Shown: piece by piece, positions 11,944-28,875 of the stretch
How positions within the stretch are numbered: the stretch's first letter is position 1
Layout of the letters: every line of letters starts with the position of its first letter
Assembly (NCBI RefSeq): GCF_036507355.1
Contig: NZ_AP027877.1
Direction: 5' to 3' (one strand)
DNA: 64,000 bases
Source: Escherichia coli
Lineage (GTDB): Bacteria > Pseudomonadota > Gammaproteobacteria > Enterobacterales > Enterobacteriaceae
The notes under the pieces: generated by a model
The model's database searches: none
Told to the model about the DNA's origin: nothing
Seen by the model: only the letters and a program-made list of their open reading frames with translations
Translations under genes and position numbers: made by a program

Positions 11944-13365
11944 ATGAATATTACCAATGATGTAATTAAAAATAGCGGAATTGCATTTGGTACAAGTGGT
12001 GCTCGTGGATTAGTGAAAGATTTTACACCCAACGTGTGTGCTGCATTCACTTATGCTTTTATCGATGTAATGATGAAGGATTTTTCTTTTAAAGAGGTTG
12101 CGCTCGCAATAGATAATCGGCCAAGCAGCTATGCTATGGCACAAGCTTGCGCAGCAGCATTGTTGGAATGTAGTATTAAACCTATTTACTACGGTGTAAT
12201 TCCAACTCCAGCTTTGGCAAATCAAGCGATTGCCGATGGGATTCCTGCAATAATGGTTACTGGAAGTCATATTCCATTTGATAGAAATGGTTTGAAATTC
12301 TATCGTCCAGACGGGGAAATTTCAAAAGAAAATGAGAACAGCATTATACATGCTGAAAAAGAGTATCCTGATGTAACTGTATTGCCAGAATTACAATGTT
12401 CAAAGCGTGCCGCTGATACTTATATCGAGAGAAACACTTCAATTTTTTCAAATATATTTAAAGGTAAACGTATCGGGATTTATGAACATTCAAGTGCGGG
12501 ACGGGATCTTTATTCAGAAATATTCAGTAAACTTGGTGCTGAAGTTGTAAGTATTGGTAGAAGTGATAAGTTTGTGCCTATTGATACTGAAGCAGTATCA
12601 AAAGAAGATGAAGAAAAAGCTTTACACTGGTCATCTGAGTATGACCTCGATATGATTTTTTCTACCGATGGTGATGGCGATCGTCCTTTGGTTGCTGACG
12701 AAAATGGCGTTTGGTTACGGGGTGATATATTAGGACTATTTTGCTCAAAGGCAATGAATATTGAAGCGGTAGCTGTACCTGTAAGTTGTAATACGGTTAT
12801 TCAGACTTGCGGGTGGTTTAATCATGTAACGCTGACTAAAATTGGTTCACCATACGTCATTTCAGCGTTTGATTCTCTGAATAATAGTTTTGATAGGGTT
12901 GCAGGGTTTGAGGCTAACGGTGGGTATCTTTTAGGTAGCGATGTAAATTATAACAGCGGTATGATTAAAGCGCTTCCAACAAGAGATGCTGTTTTGCCTG
13001 CTTTAATGGTACTGGCACTGGCTATAAAAAATAATGTGACTATTTCAAAACTCTTGGCGGAGTTGCCACCACGATTTACCTACTCAAATAGAGTTCAAAA
13101 TTTTGCAACAAGCAAAAGCAAAAGCATTATCGCGTCAGCTCAAGAAAATCCTCAAGAATTTATCGAAAGAATAGGCTTTGTCGATCTTCATGTACAATCG
13201 GTGGATACAATTGACGGGTTAAGATTGACACTAAGTGATGGTTCAATAATCCATTTGCGACCGTCAGGCAACGCACCTGAATTGCGATGCTATGCAGAAG
13301 CAGATAACATAATAAAAGCTGAAAAATTAGTGTTAGAAGTTTTGCATAAAGTTACTCTTTTGTAA
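11944..13365 (+). CDS. manB: Phosphomannomutase
   Basis: Phosphohexomutase motifs ([22 protein letters not shown]); start set at ATG 11944. Confidence 0.85.
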   Translation: MNITNDVIKNSGIAFGTSGARGLVKDFTPNVCAAFTYAFIDVMMKDFSFKEVALAIDNRPSSYAMAQACAAALLECSIKPIYYGVIPTPALANQAIADGIPAIMVTGSHIPFDRNGLKFYRPDGEISKENENSIIHAEKEYPDVTVLPELQCSKRAADTYIERNTSIFSNIFKGKRIGIYEHSSAGRDLYSEIFSKLGAEVVSIGRSDKFVPIDTEAVSKEDEEKALHWSSEYDLDMIFSTDGDGDRPLVADENGVWLRGDILGLFCSKAMNIEAVAVPVSCNTVIQTCGWFNHVTLTKIGSPYVISAFDSLNNSFDRVAGFEANGGYLLGSDVNYNSGMIKALPTRDAVLPALMVLALAIKNNVTISKLLAELPPRFTYSNRVQNFATSKSKSIIASAQENPQEFIERIGFVDLHVQSVDTIDGLRLTLSDGSIIHLRPSGNAPELRCYAEADNIIKAEKLVLEVLHKVTLL

Positions 13366-13547
13366 AAAATATAAACTTTTTTCTACTCTTGAGCGGTTTG
13401 TCATTTAACCGCTCAGTAATAGATTGTTTATAAATTGTTTATATTTAGCATTGGTGTTTTTATTTGCGTTCATCCCGAATAAGAGATTGTAAAATTAACT
13501 GTTTCTTATTTTTCAAATGAGTTACTTCACTAGTAAAGCTAATTACT

Positions 13548-14879
13548 ATGCATAAGCAATATTATTTATTATTGTGCAATAAAATACAGTTTAAACATCT
13601 GGCTATATATTTTTCTGTATTTCTTTCACTATCCTCATGTTTCTTGTGGGGAGGGGCGGATACATTTGTATCGCAAGTGTATATTGATATTTTAGCCACT
13701 ATATCTACAGCGCTATTAGTTATTTTGATGTTCTATTATTATATTAATAGAGTTCGCTATTTATCACTAACCTTACTTTTTGCATTCGTTTTTTCTTTGA
13801 TTATTGGTTTGCCATCGATTTATCTTTACTATTTTAAAAACGCAAATCATGGGTTTGAAATAATTTGTATCTGGGGGATGTTGATCAATTCCATCCTTTA
13901 CTTGCAAACAACAGAGACTGTCATAAAAGAAGAAAAAAGATATTTAACTAGTTTATTTTATATTTTGTTTTCTATTGTTGCACTGTGTCAATTATACAAA
14001 ATATTAATTTATCTTATGTTTATATTGAATTCAGGAGAAGGGCATTTAGCAATTTATACTGAAAGCGAAGAATTGCTATCCCAAGTTCCATTTTTTATTC
14101 GTGCTATTAGTGGTTTTGCAGTTGTAATGTCATTGTCCACTTTTTATTTTAAAACACCGACCTACATTAAAGTTATTGCATTTGTTTTACTTGCATCTGA
14201 TTTAGCTATTGGAATACGTAATAAGTTTTTCTTTTCAGTGATTTGTATTTTTATACTATATATGTACTCTAATGAGTATAGAGTAAGAAATTTATTTAAG
14301 CAGCTCTCAAAACCAATATTTCTCATCGCCGGTTTTTTATGCTTCTCGATGGTATCGTATTTCCGTGAAGGGTACCAAATCGATTTTATGATTTATATTG
14401 GCATTGTTTTAGATTCGCTATCCTCTACTCTTGGGGGGATGCAGAATTTGTTTGATATGCAATCATCAGGATGGGATCAACTTCATCCCGCTGTGGTATT
14501 CACACAAGTATTACCGCTAAGCGGTCTTGGTTTTCTTGATGATCAACAAATCGCAAAAGATTTTTCAATAATTGTTTTAGGTGATGTATCCTCTGGTATT
14601 GCGTTGTCATCTTCAGGATTGTTAGAGTCATCGTTGCTGAGTCTAAACTTGGGAGTGATTATTTATTTACTGTATTTATCAGGGGTGATGCTATTTATTA
14701 AATGGGGACTAAATAATCAACGGATAATAATAAACTTTGTTGCCATCTCCATGATATCTGGATTTTTTTATGCTGTTCGTGGTGAACTGATTTTGCCATT
14801 GGCTTTTCTTCTAAAATCATTGCCGATTGTTCTTATATCTCCATTACTTGTTAAAAATAAAATTTATCATGGTCAGTAA
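13548..14879 (+). CDS. wzy: Putative O-antigen polymerase (443 aa, polytopic membrane protein)
   Basis: Very hydrophobic, low-GC, many predicted TM segments, located in the O-antigen cluster; assignment by context. Confidence 0.5.
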   Translation: MHKQYYLLLCNKIQFKHLAIYFSVFLSLSSCFLWGGADTFVSQVYIDILATISTALLVILMFYYYINRVRYLSLTLLFAFVFSLIIGLPSIYLYYFKNANHGFEIICIWGMLINSILYLQTTETVIKEEKRYLTSLFYILFSIVALCQLYKILIYLMFILNSGEGHLAIYTESEELLSQVPFFIRAISGFAVVMSLSTFYFKTPTYIKVIAFVLLASDLAIGIRNKFFFSVICIFILYMYSNEYRVRNLFKQLSKPIFLIAGFLCFSMVSYFREGYQIDFMIYIGIVLDSLSSTLGGMQNLFDMQSSGWDQLHPAVVFTQVLPLSGLGFLDDQQIAKDFSIIVLGDVSSGIALSSSGLLESSLLSLNLGVIIYLLYLSGVMLFIKWGLNNQRIIINFVAISMISGFFYAVRGELILPLAFLLKSLPIVLISPLLVKNKIYHGQ

Positions 14880-14920
14880 GTGGTTTATTTTTCGACCAGG
14901 ATCTCACCAGTAGGCATGAC

Positions 14921-16156
14921 ATGATCAAAGAAATTTTCTCCGATGGCATTTTTTCGCTATTTAATAAAATATGTTACTTCGGTTTTAAAACACTTGCAAT
15001 AATTCTGATTACTCGTTCCTTAGGAGAAGATGTAGGCGGAGAGTTCATTTTTTTAGTTGGTTTTCTCGAAGTCCTTCGGGTGGTTACTGATTTTGGTGTG
15101 GATCTGTTTGTTATAAAAAAATATAATGATTCTACAGATAAAATAAAACTATTAAATGTAACGTTTGCACAAAAAATTCTTTCTGGAGTAATTGTTTTAC
15201 TACTGTTTTGTTTGTATTCTTTTGTTCAGGGTTATCAATATAATGTCTATATTCCTATTGTGTTAGCCTTACCTGTTGCTTTATTTTTTAATTTCTCAAA
15301 TAGCTATTTTCAATCTCTAAATTCCAATAAATCTCTCACGTTTCCGATCGCAATTGCATCTATTGCAACGTGTACGATCTTCGCTATTCAGTATTTTTTC
15401 AACGTTAAATTTAACGCATGGGATTACCTGTGTGTTGAACTATTATTCGTATCGCTGGTTACACTAAAACTATTCGTTAGTGTCAAGTTTAGGTTTATTA
15501 GAACGTCAGCTTTTGATGTGCTAATGTCAATTCTTTCTTTATATAAATATACATTAAGTATAGGTCTTACAGCTGTTGTTGTAATTATTTATAGCCGTAT
15601 AGATAATTTTTATCTCAAGACATTTGCCCCAGGGGATCTTGCAGCATATGGCCAGATATTTAGGATGGTTGATCCACTGGTTATGGTTTCTTCTGTATTT
15701 TCTACAGTTGCCTATGCAAGATTTTGCCGAATTAACTTACAAGAAAAAAATACTTTTACTAAGGTGTTTCAGTTCCTGTTATGTATTGTGGCATATGGCG
15801 TGCTGAGTTCATTAGTTTATTTCTTTATAATAAAATACCTGGGTCATTTTGTATTGATTTCTAATGTTAATAATGATTTCTTGATAATGATGTTCTTGAT
15901 TGTTGCATGTGTGAAATGTATCAATGGTGGTACAACTGCAATAATTCAGTCACAGGGGTTTTATAAAGTGGGTTTGTATGTTTCGTATGTTTGCATTTTG
16001 ACATCGATACCAACTATGTATTTCTTAATAATGAAGTACGGTGTTAAAGGTGCTGCTATGACGATTCTGCTTGTAGAGTGTATTAGTTTCATATTACTTC
16101 TCTGCAGCTTTTTTATGATAAAAAAGATGCGTCCTAAAAAAACATTCGAAATGTAA
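14921..16156 (+). CDS. wzx: Putative O-antigen flippase (411 aa)
   Basis: Polytopic membrane protein with polysaccharide-biosynthesis-protein-like N-terminus; last gene before gnd. Confidence 0.55.
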   Translation: MIKEIFSDGIFSLFNKICYFGFKTLAIILITRSLGEDVGGEFIFLVGFLEVLRVVTDFGVDLFVIKKYNDSTDKIKLLNVTFAQKILSGVIVLLLFCLYSFVQGYQYNVYIPIVLALPVALFFNFSNSYFQSLNSNKSLTFPIAIASIATCTIFAIQYFFNVKFNAWDYLCVELLFVSLVTLKLFVSVKFRFIRTSAFDVLMSILSLYKYTLSIGLTAVVVIIYSRIDNFYLKTFAPGDLAAYGQIFRMVDPLVMVSSVFSTVAYARFCRINLQEKNTFTKVFQFLLCIVAYGVLSSLVYFFIIKYLGHFVLISNVNNDFLIMMFLIVACVKCINGGTTAIIQSQGFYKVGLYVSYVCILTSIPTMYFLIMKYGVKGAAMTILLVECISFILLLCSFFMIKKMRPKKTFEM

Positions 16157-16308
16157 TCAATGAGTCCTCTTTGAATAGAATTAGTTTGTTCTATTTATGA
16201 ACACTTAGCTTGAGTAAGTTCTAACATAGATTACTAATTGTTTGATACTATCTGCTTTACAAGCATAACCGCGTATGTCGCGGTGACCACACCTGACAGG
16301 AGTATGTA

Positions 16309-17715
16309 ATGTCCAAGCAACAGATCGGCGTCGTCGGTATGGCAGTGATGGGGCGCAACCTGGCGCTCAACATCGAAAGCCGTGGTTATACCGTCTCCGT
16401 CTTCAACCGCTCCCGCGAAAAAACTGAAGAAGTTGTTGCCGAGAACCCGGGTAAGAAACTGGTTCCTTATTACACGGTGAAAGAGTTTGTCGAGTCTCTT
16501 GAAACCCCTCGTCGCATCCTGTTAATGGTGAAAGCAGGTGCAGGCACGGATGCTGCTATTGATTCCCTCAAACCATATCTCGATAAAGGTGACATCATCA
16601 TTGATGGTGGTAACACCTTCTTCCAGGACACTATTCGTCGTAATCGTGAGCTTTCAGCAGAGGGCTTTAACTTCATCGGTACCGGTGTTTCCGGCGGTGA
16701 AGAGGGGGCGTTGAAAGGGCCTTCCATCATGCCTGGTGGGCAGAAAGAAGCCTATGAACTGGTTGCACCAATTCTGACCAAAATCGCCGCAGTAGCTGAA
16801 GACGGTGAGCCATGCGTTACCTATATTGGTGCCGATGGCGCAGGTCACTATGTGAAGATGGTTCACAACGGTATTGAATACGGCGATATGCAACTGATTG
16901 CTGAAGCCTATTCTCTGCTTAAAGGTGGTCTGAACCTCACCAACGAAGAACTGGCGCAGACCTTTACCGAGTGGAATAACGGTGAACTGAGCAGCTACCT
17001 GATCGACATCACCAAAGATATCTTCACTAAAAAAGATGAAGACGGTAACTACCTGGTTGATGTGATTCTGGATGAAGCAGCAAACAAAGGTACCGGTAAA
17101 TGGACCAGCCAGAGCGCGCTGGATCTCGGAGAACCGCTGTCGCTGATTACAGAGTCTGTGTTTGCACGTTATATCTCTTCTCTGAAAGATCAGCGCGTTG
17201 CCGCTTCTAAAGTTCTCTCTGGCCCGCAAGCGCAGCCAGCAGGCGACAAGGCTGAGTTCATCGAAAAAGTTCGTCGTGCGCTGTATCTGGGCAAAATCGT
17301 TTCTTACGCTCAGGGTTTCTCTCAGCTGCGCGCAGCGTCTGAAGAGTACAACTGGGATCTGAACTACGGCGAAATCGCGAAGATTTTCCGTGCTGGCTGC
17401 ATCATCCGTGCGCAGTTCTTGCAGAAAATCACCGATGCTTATGCCGAAAATCCACAGATCGCTAACCTGCTGCTGGCTCCGTACTTCAAGCAAATTGCCG
17501 ATGACTACCAGCAGGCGCTGCGTGATGTCGTTGCTTATGCAGTACAGAACGGTATCCCGGTTCCGACCTTCGCTGCTGCGGTTGCCTATTACGATAGCTA
17601 CCGTGCCGCTGTTCTGCCTGCGAACCTGATCCAGGCACAGCGTGACTATTTCGGTGCGCATACTTATAAGCGCATTGATAAAGAAGGTGTGTTCCATACT
17701 GAATGGCTGGATTAA
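16309..17715 (+). CDS. gnd: 6-phosphogluconate dehydrogenase, decarboxylating (468 aa)
   Basis: N-terminal Rossmann motif [15 protein letters not shown]; conserved position after the O-antigen cluster. Confidence 0.95.
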   Translation: MSKQQIGVVGMAVMGRNLALNIESRGYTVSVFNRSREKTEEVVAENPGKKLVPYYTVKEFVESLETPRRILLMVKAGAGTDAAIDSLKPYLDKGDIIIDGGNTFFQDTIRRNRELSAEGFNFIGTGVSGGEEGALKGPSIMPGGQKEAYELVAPILTKIAAVAEDGEPCVTYIGADGAGHYVKMVHNGIEYGDMQLIAEAYSLLKGGLNLTNEELAQTFTEWNNGELSSYLIDITKDIFTKKDEDGNYLVDVILDEAANKGTGKWTSQSALDLGEPLSLITESVFARYISSLKDQRVAASKVLSGPQAQPAGDKAEFIEKVRRALYLGKIVSYAQGFSQLRAASEEYNWDLNYGEIAKIFRAGCIIRAQFLQKITDAYAENPQIANLLLAPYFKQIADDYQQALRDVVAYAVQNGIPVPTFAAAVAYYDSYRAAVLPANLIQAQRDYFGAHTYKRIDKEGVFHTEWLD

Positions 17716-17744
17716 TCCGATTTAACCAACAATAAAATTGAGGC

Positions 17745-17775
17745 CCGGCGTATATTGCACCGGGCTTTTTTTTTG
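17745..17775 (+). terminator. Rho-independent terminator after gnd
   Basis: Hairpin ggcccggcg...caccgggc followed by a T9 run. Confidence 0.55.
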
Positions 17776-17955
17776 CCAATTATCTTATAGACTAAATGTC
17801 ACTGCTTAATATTAACTTAATAAATATCAGCTATTCTTATAAAGAAAATCTGAATTGTTTTTCGTTGCGTTGACCATCGAACAACGTAGCGTTAAAACTT
17901 TTAGCTCTTATCAGGATGCTAAAAACATCATGATTCACAGTTAAGTTAATTCTGA

Positions 17956-19131
<1,176 letters not shown>

Positions 19132-19273
19132 CATCTTGTTATCAGGGCTATTTACGCCCTGATTGTCTTTTGTTACTTACGCAACAATTCATTATTTTTA
19201 TCACTTATCCTATAGCATTCGCGAGGATTATCGCTAAACTATGCGGACTTGGAAATTTCCGTCAGTTAGGGTA

Positions 19274-20254
19274 ATGATGAGAGTAGAAAATAATAATGTT
19301 TCTGGGCAAAACCATGACCCGGAACAGATTGATTTGATTGATTTACTAGTGCAGTTGTGGCGTGGCAAGATGACAATCATCATTTCCGTCATTGTGGCTA
19401 TTGCCCTGGCTATTGGATATTTGGCAGTAGCGAAGGAGAAATGGACGTCAACAGCAATTATCACTCAGCCCGACGTGGGGCAAATTGCTGGCTATAACAA
19501 TGCCATGAATGTTATCTATGGTCAGGCTGCGCCGAAAGTATCGGATTTACAGGAAACGTTGATTGGTCGCTTCAGTTCTGCCTTCTCTGCATTAGCAGAA
19601 ACGTTGGATAATCAGGAAGAGCCAGAAAAACTTACCATCGAACCTTCTGTTAAGAACCAGCAATTACCATTGACTGTTTCTTATGTTGGGCAAACTGCAG
19701 AGGGCGCACAAATGAAGTTGGCCCAATACATTCAGCAAGTTGACGATAAAGTGAATCAAGAGCTAGAAAAGGATCTCAAGGACAACATTGCTCTGGGACG
19801 GAAAAACTTGCAGGACTCTTTAAGAACGCAGGAAGTAGTCGCGCAGGGGCAGAAAGATCTGCGTATCCGTCAGATTCAGGAAGTGTTGCAGTATGCGAAT
19901 CAGGCGCAGGTGGCAAAGCCACAGGTTCAGCAGACTGAAGATGTGACGCAAGATACGTTGTTCCTTTTGGGTAGCGAAGCGCTGGAGTCGATGATTAAGC
20001 ATGAGGCGACCCGTCCGTTGGTGTTCTCATCAAACTACTATCAGACACGTCAAAACCTGCTGGATATCGAAAGCTTAAAGGTTGATGATCTTGATATTCA
20101 TGCTTACCGCTATGTGATGAAACCGACGTTACCTATTCGTCGCGATAGCCCGAAAAAGGCAATTACCTTGATTCTGGCGGTGCTGCTGGGTGGCATGGTT
20201 GGCGCGGGGATTGTCTTGGGGCGTAACGCTCTGCGTAATTACAACGCGAAGTAA
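19274..20254 (+). CDS. wzzB: O-antigen chain-length determinant (326 aa)
   Basis: Two TM segments flanking a coiled periplasmic domain; start set at ATG 19274 rather than track start 19241. Confidence 0.85.
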   Translation: MMRVENNNVSGQNHDPEQIDLIDLLVQLWRGKMTIIISVIVAIALAIGYLAVAKEKWTSTAIITQPDVGQIAGYNNAMNVIYGQAAPKVSDLQETLIGRFSSAFSALAETLDNQEEPEKLTIEPSVKNQQLPLTVSYVGQTAEGAQMKLAQYIQQVDDKVNQELEKDLKDNIALGRKNLQDSLRTQEVVAQGQKDLRIRQIQEVLQYANQAQVAKPQVQQTEDVTQDTLFLLGSEALESMIKHEATRPLVFSSNYYQTRQNLLDIESLKVDDLDIHAYRYVMKPTLPIRRDSPKKAITLILAVLLGGMVGAGIVLGRNALRNYNAK

Positions 20255-20350
20255 TCTTTTCGGTTTTAAAGAAAATGGGCAGTGTGGTGACACCTTGCCC
20301 ATTTTTTTGGCCGGATGCGACAACAATATCGCATCCGCTTACCCCGCAAC

Positions 20351-20955
20351 TCACTGATGCCGTTTACGCAGGTTTTCAATTACCGTCGTTAAATCCAGAT
20401 CCTGATCCTGCAACAGCACCAGCAGGTGATACATCAAATCAGACGCCTCGTTGGTCAGCTCAAAGCGGTCATGTACAGTCGCGGCCAGTGCGGTTTCCAC
20501 GCCTTCTTCGCCCACTTTCTGCGCAATGCGTTTGGTGCCGCTGGCATACAGTTTGGCAGTGTAAGAGGTTTCCGGGTCGGCAGATTTGCGTTCGGCGAGC
20601 AGTTGTTCCAGTTGATACAGGAACAGCCACTGGTGAGCGGTGTCGCCGAAGCAGCTGCTGGTGCCTTTGTGGCAGGTCGGGCCGATGGGATTCGCCAGCA
20701 CCAGTAAAGTGTCGTTGTCGCAGTCCGGCGCAATATTTACTACGTTGAGGAAATTGCCCGACGTTTCGCCTTTGGTCCACAGCCGTTGTTTAGTGCGCGA
20801 GAAGAAGGTGACTTTGCCGCTTTCGATGGTTTTGTCTAAAGCTTCCGGGTTCATATAGCCCAGCATTAGCACTTCGCCGGATACCGCGTGTTGCACAATC
20901 ACCGGCATAAGTCCGTCGATTTTTTCCCAGTCCAGTTCGCGACGTTGTTGTTCTG

Positions 20956-20962
<7 letters not shown>
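20351..20962 (-). CDS. hisI: Bifunctional phosphoribosyl-AMP cyclohydrolase / phosphoribosyl-ATP pyrophosphatase
   Basis: 203 aa; last gene of the his operon. Confidence 0.95.
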
Positions 20963-23040
<2,078 letters not shown>

Positions 23041-23041
<1 letters not shown>

Positions 23042-24107
23042 TACAGCACTCCTTTCGACGAGGGCAGGGTGTCGCCTTCCACGCGGATGGCCTGGCGCAG
23101 AGTGCGACCAAAGGCTTTGAACAGGCTCTCTACACGGTGATGATCGTTTTTACCTTTAGTTTTCAGGTGTAGCGTCACGCCCATGGTGTAAGAGAGCGAA
23201 CGGAAGAAGTGCTCGATCATCTCGGTGCTGAGATCGCCCACGCGCTGGTAGGTAAACTCGGCTTTATATTCCAGGTGCGGGCGACCAGAGATATCCAGTG
23301 CACAGCGGGCAAGGCATTCGTCCATCGGCAGCACAAAACCAAAGCGGCAAATACCGCGTTTGTCGCCGAGGGCGATTTTTAATGCTTCGCCCAGCGCCAG
23401 GCCGGTATCTTCGACGGTGTGGTGATCGTCGATATAGAGGTCGCCTTTGACGTTGATTTCCATGCGGAAACCGCCGTGGGTGGCGATCTGATCCAGCATG
23501 TGATCAAAGAAGCCAACGCCGGTATTAATCTTGCTGCCACCTTCACGATCCAGCCACACCTGGACGTCAATTTGCGTCTCTTTGGTGTTGCGCACTACAT
23601 GGGCGTAACGGTCTCGTTTAGTGAGTTGCTCACCAATCATCGGCCAGTTCAGGGTTTCGCGGTCGTAGCGTAAACCAGTAATGCCCATGTTTTCAGCGAG
23701 TTGAATATCGGTCGCGCGATCGCCAATCACATAACTGTTGGCACGATCCATCGCTTGCTCAGCAAGGTAACGCTCCACCAGTTTTACTTTCGGCTTACGG
23801 CAGTCGCACTCATCGGCGGGCAGGTGCGGACAAATCAGCACTTCATCAAACTGCACGCCTTGCGAGGTGAAGATCTGCATCATCAGGTTGTGCGGGCCAT
23901 CAAAATCCGCCTGCGGGAAACTTTGTGTTCCCAGACCATCCTGATTAGTGATCATCACCAGCTTGTAGCCCGCTTTTTGCAGCTTCAGCAGCTCCGGGAT
24001 CACGCCCGGTTCAAAGGCGAGTTTGTCAAAACGATCCACCTGAAAATCACTCGGCGGTTCGCTAATCAGGGTTCCATCGCGATCGATAAAAAGATACTTC
24101 TGACTCA

Positions 24108-24108
<1 letters not shown>
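23041..24108 (-). CDS. hisB: Bifunctional histidinol-phosphatase / imidazoleglycerol-phosphate dehydratase
   Basis: 355 aa; operon position. Confidence 0.95.
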
Positions 24109-26479
<2,371 letters not shown>

Positions 26480-26484
26480 GGCGA

Positions 26485-27384
26485 TCACTCCATCATCTTC
26501 TCAATCGGCAGGACCAGAATCGAACTGGCACCCAGCGCTTTCAGTTTTTCCATCGTTTCCCAGAACAGGGTTTCGCTACTGACCATGTGCATCGCTACGC
26601 GCTGTTGATCACCCGCCAGCGGTAGAATAGTTGGGCGTTCGGCACCTGGCAGCAGGGCGATGACTTCATCCAGACGTTCGGTCGGTGCGTGCATCATGAT
26701 GTATTTTGATTCGCGCGCCTGGATCACACCCTGAATACGGGTCAGCAGTTTGTCGATCAGTTGCTGTTTGGATTCTTCCATTTCGCCATCGCGTTGTATC
26801 AGGCAGGCTTTCGAGCGATAGATAACTTCGACTTCGCGCAGGCCGTTTGCTTCCAGCGTGGCACCGGTGGAAACCAGATCGCAAATCGCATCCGCCAGTC
26901 CGGCACGCGGGGCGACTTCAACAGAACCGTTCAGTAAGCAGGATTTAAAAGAGATGCCTTTCTGGTCGAGATAACGCTTGAGCAGGTGAGGATAAGAGGT
27001 GGCGATACGTTTACCGTTTAAGGAGAGCGGGCCATCCCAGGCTTCATCAACCGGCGTTGCCAGTGAAAGTCGGCAGCCGCCGAAATCCAGACGACGCAGG
27101 GTAAAGTAGCGCGGATCTTCACCTTGGGCGCGGCGATTAAGCAACTCTTCTTCCAGCACGTTTTCGCCGATAATCCCAAGGTCTACCACGCCATCCATTA
27201 CCAGACCGGGAATGTCGTCGTCACGCACGCGCAGAATATCAATCGGCATGTTTTCTGCCATCGCGATCAGGCGCTGGGTGTGAAGATTGATTTTAATGCC
27301 ACAGCGCGCCAGCAATTCGCGTGAGTCATCACTTAAACGGCCGGATTTCTGCATAGCTATGCGTAAACGAGTGTTGTCTGTCAT
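26485..27384 (-). CDS. hisG: ATP phosphoribosyltransferase
   Basis: 299 aa from [17 protein letters not shown]; first structural gene of the his operon. Confidence 0.95.
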
Positions 27385-27431
27385 TTTCTTATTCCTCTTT
27401 AAACCTGTCTGAACCGTTATCAACCGCGCAA

Positions 27432-27466
27432 TAAAAAAGCCCCCGGAAGGTGATCTTCCGGGGGCT
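27432..27466 (-). terminator. his attenuator terminator hairpin
   Basis: Minus strand reads gcccccggaag-atcac-cttccgggggc followed by a T-run, between hisL and hisG. Confidence 0.85.
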
Positions 27467-27529
27467 TTCTCATGCGTTCATGAACCACTGGAAGATCTGA
27501 ATGTCTTCCAGCACACATCGCCTGAAAGA

Positions 27530-27580
27530 CTAGTCAGGATGATGGTGATGATGGTGGTGTTTAAATTGAACGCGTGTCAT
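27530..27580 (-). CDS. hisL: his operon leader peptide (MTRVQFKHHHHHHHPD)
   Basis: Minus-strand 16-codon ORF with seven consecutive His codons, read directly from the sequence. Confidence 0.95.
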   Translation of the reverse strand: MTRVQFKHHHHHHHPD

Positions 27581-27789
27581 AAAAGTCTCTGTGAATGTTT
27601 ATTCAACTGATGTCTTTTAACCTAAACCACTTTCACGTTAGAAAGCAAGGGCTTTTTTATATATTTTATGGCGATGGATTTGTTTAATGAATGAGCGGGG
27701 AAAGGAGGGGGCTAAGAGTGACTAGGTTAAAAAAGTAATCGTGAAAATATGTCATTAAACCCTCAAGAACATTGTGTTCTGTAACTAAA

Positions 27790-27900
27790 GTGGGCTTTGT
27801 TCCTGCCGGATGCGGCGTGAATGCCTTATCAGGTCTACAAATGTTGCCTAAATTCAATATATTGATGTTTTTGTAGGACTGATAAGCGGAGCGCATCAGG
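27790..27900. repeat. REP/BIME palindromic repeats in the hisL-yeeZ spacer
   Basis: gccggatgcggcgtgaa...cttatcag units in inverted arrangement. Confidence 0.5.
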
Positions 27901-28005
27901 CAATGGTATATTTGCTAACAGTTTCGATTTCATTCATAGAATGAATTGTCAGTTTTGATACGCTAGCGTAGCCTTATAGATCTAAGGTGTATCAGGAGAT
28001 AACGG

Positions 28006-28830
28006 ATGAAAAAGGTCGCAATTGTCGGGTTAGGGTGGTTAGGCATGCCGCTGGCGATGTCACTTTCAGCGCGAGGCTGGCAAGTCACCGGGAGTAAAAC
28101 CACACAAGATGGTGTCGAAGCGGCCCGAATGAGTGGCATTGATAGCTATCTGCTTCGCATGGAGCCTGAGTTAGTTTGCGATTCTGACGATCTGGATGCC
28201 CTGATGGATGCCGATGCGCTGGTCATTACGCTTCCGGCACGTCGTAGCGGCCCCGGCGATGAGTTCTATTTACAAGCGGTACAAGAGTTAGTGGATAGCG
28301 CGCTGGCCCATCGTATTCCCCGAATTATTTTTACCAGCTCAACATCTGTCTATGGCGACGCGCAAGGCACGGTGAAAGAAACCACCTCGCGTAATCCGGT
28401 AACCAACAGTGGACGAGTATTAGAAGAACTCGAAGACTGGCTGCACAATTTACCCGGTACTTCGGTCGATATTCTGCGTCTTGCGGGCCTGGTCGGACCG
28501 GGACGTCATCCCGGACGCTTCTTTGCCGGAAAAACCGCGCCTGATGGTGAACATGGTGTTAATTTAGTCCATTTAGAAGATGTTATTGGCGCTATCACTC
28601 TGTTGTTACAGGCACCTAAAGGCGGACACATCTATAATATATGTGCGCCATCTCACCCTGCGCGTAATGTTTTCTATCCGCAGATGGCCCGTTTACTGGG
28701 GCTGGAACCTCCGCAGTTCAGAAATAGTCTGGACAGCGGCAAAGGTAAGATTATTGATGGCAGTCGGATTTGTAATGAACTGGGATTTGAATACCAGTAT
28801 CCCGATCCGCTGGTAATGCCGCTGGAGTAA
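28006..28830 (+). CDS. yeeZ: NAD-dependent epimerase/dehydratase family protein (274 aa)
   Basis: N-terminal Rossmann GxxGxxG (VGLGWLGMPLA); conserved position next to his. Confidence 0.85.
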   Translation: MKKVAIVGLGWLGMPLAMSLSARGWQVTGSKTTQDGVEAARMSGIDSYLLRMEPELVCDSDDLDALMDADALVITLPARRSGPGDEFYLQAVQELVDSALAHRIPRIIFTSSTSVYGDAQGTVKETTSRNPVTNSGRVLEELEDWLHNLPGTSVDILRLAGLVGPGRHPGRFFAGKTAPDGEHGVNLVHLEDVIGAITLLLQAPKGGHIYNICAPSHPARNVFYPQMARLLGLEPPQFRNSLDSGKGKIIDGSRICNELGFEYQYPDPLVMPLE

Positions 28831-28875
28831 ACGATCACGCCAGCAGGACGCCGCATGCACTGCAAGGGGGCGTGT

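Noticed and set aside
16654-17697. 347-aa ORF antisense to gnd
   Set aside because: Entirely contained within gnd on the opposite strand; long antisense frames are common in such genes; no independent support.
20275-20780. Several GC-rich ORFs of 90-160 aa antisense to or overlapping hisI (20275-20748, 20426-20707, 20455-20733, 20469-20780)
   Set aside because: They lie inside a well-supported his gene on the opposite strand, have no ribosome-binding sites and show Arg/Ala/Pro-rich spurious composition.
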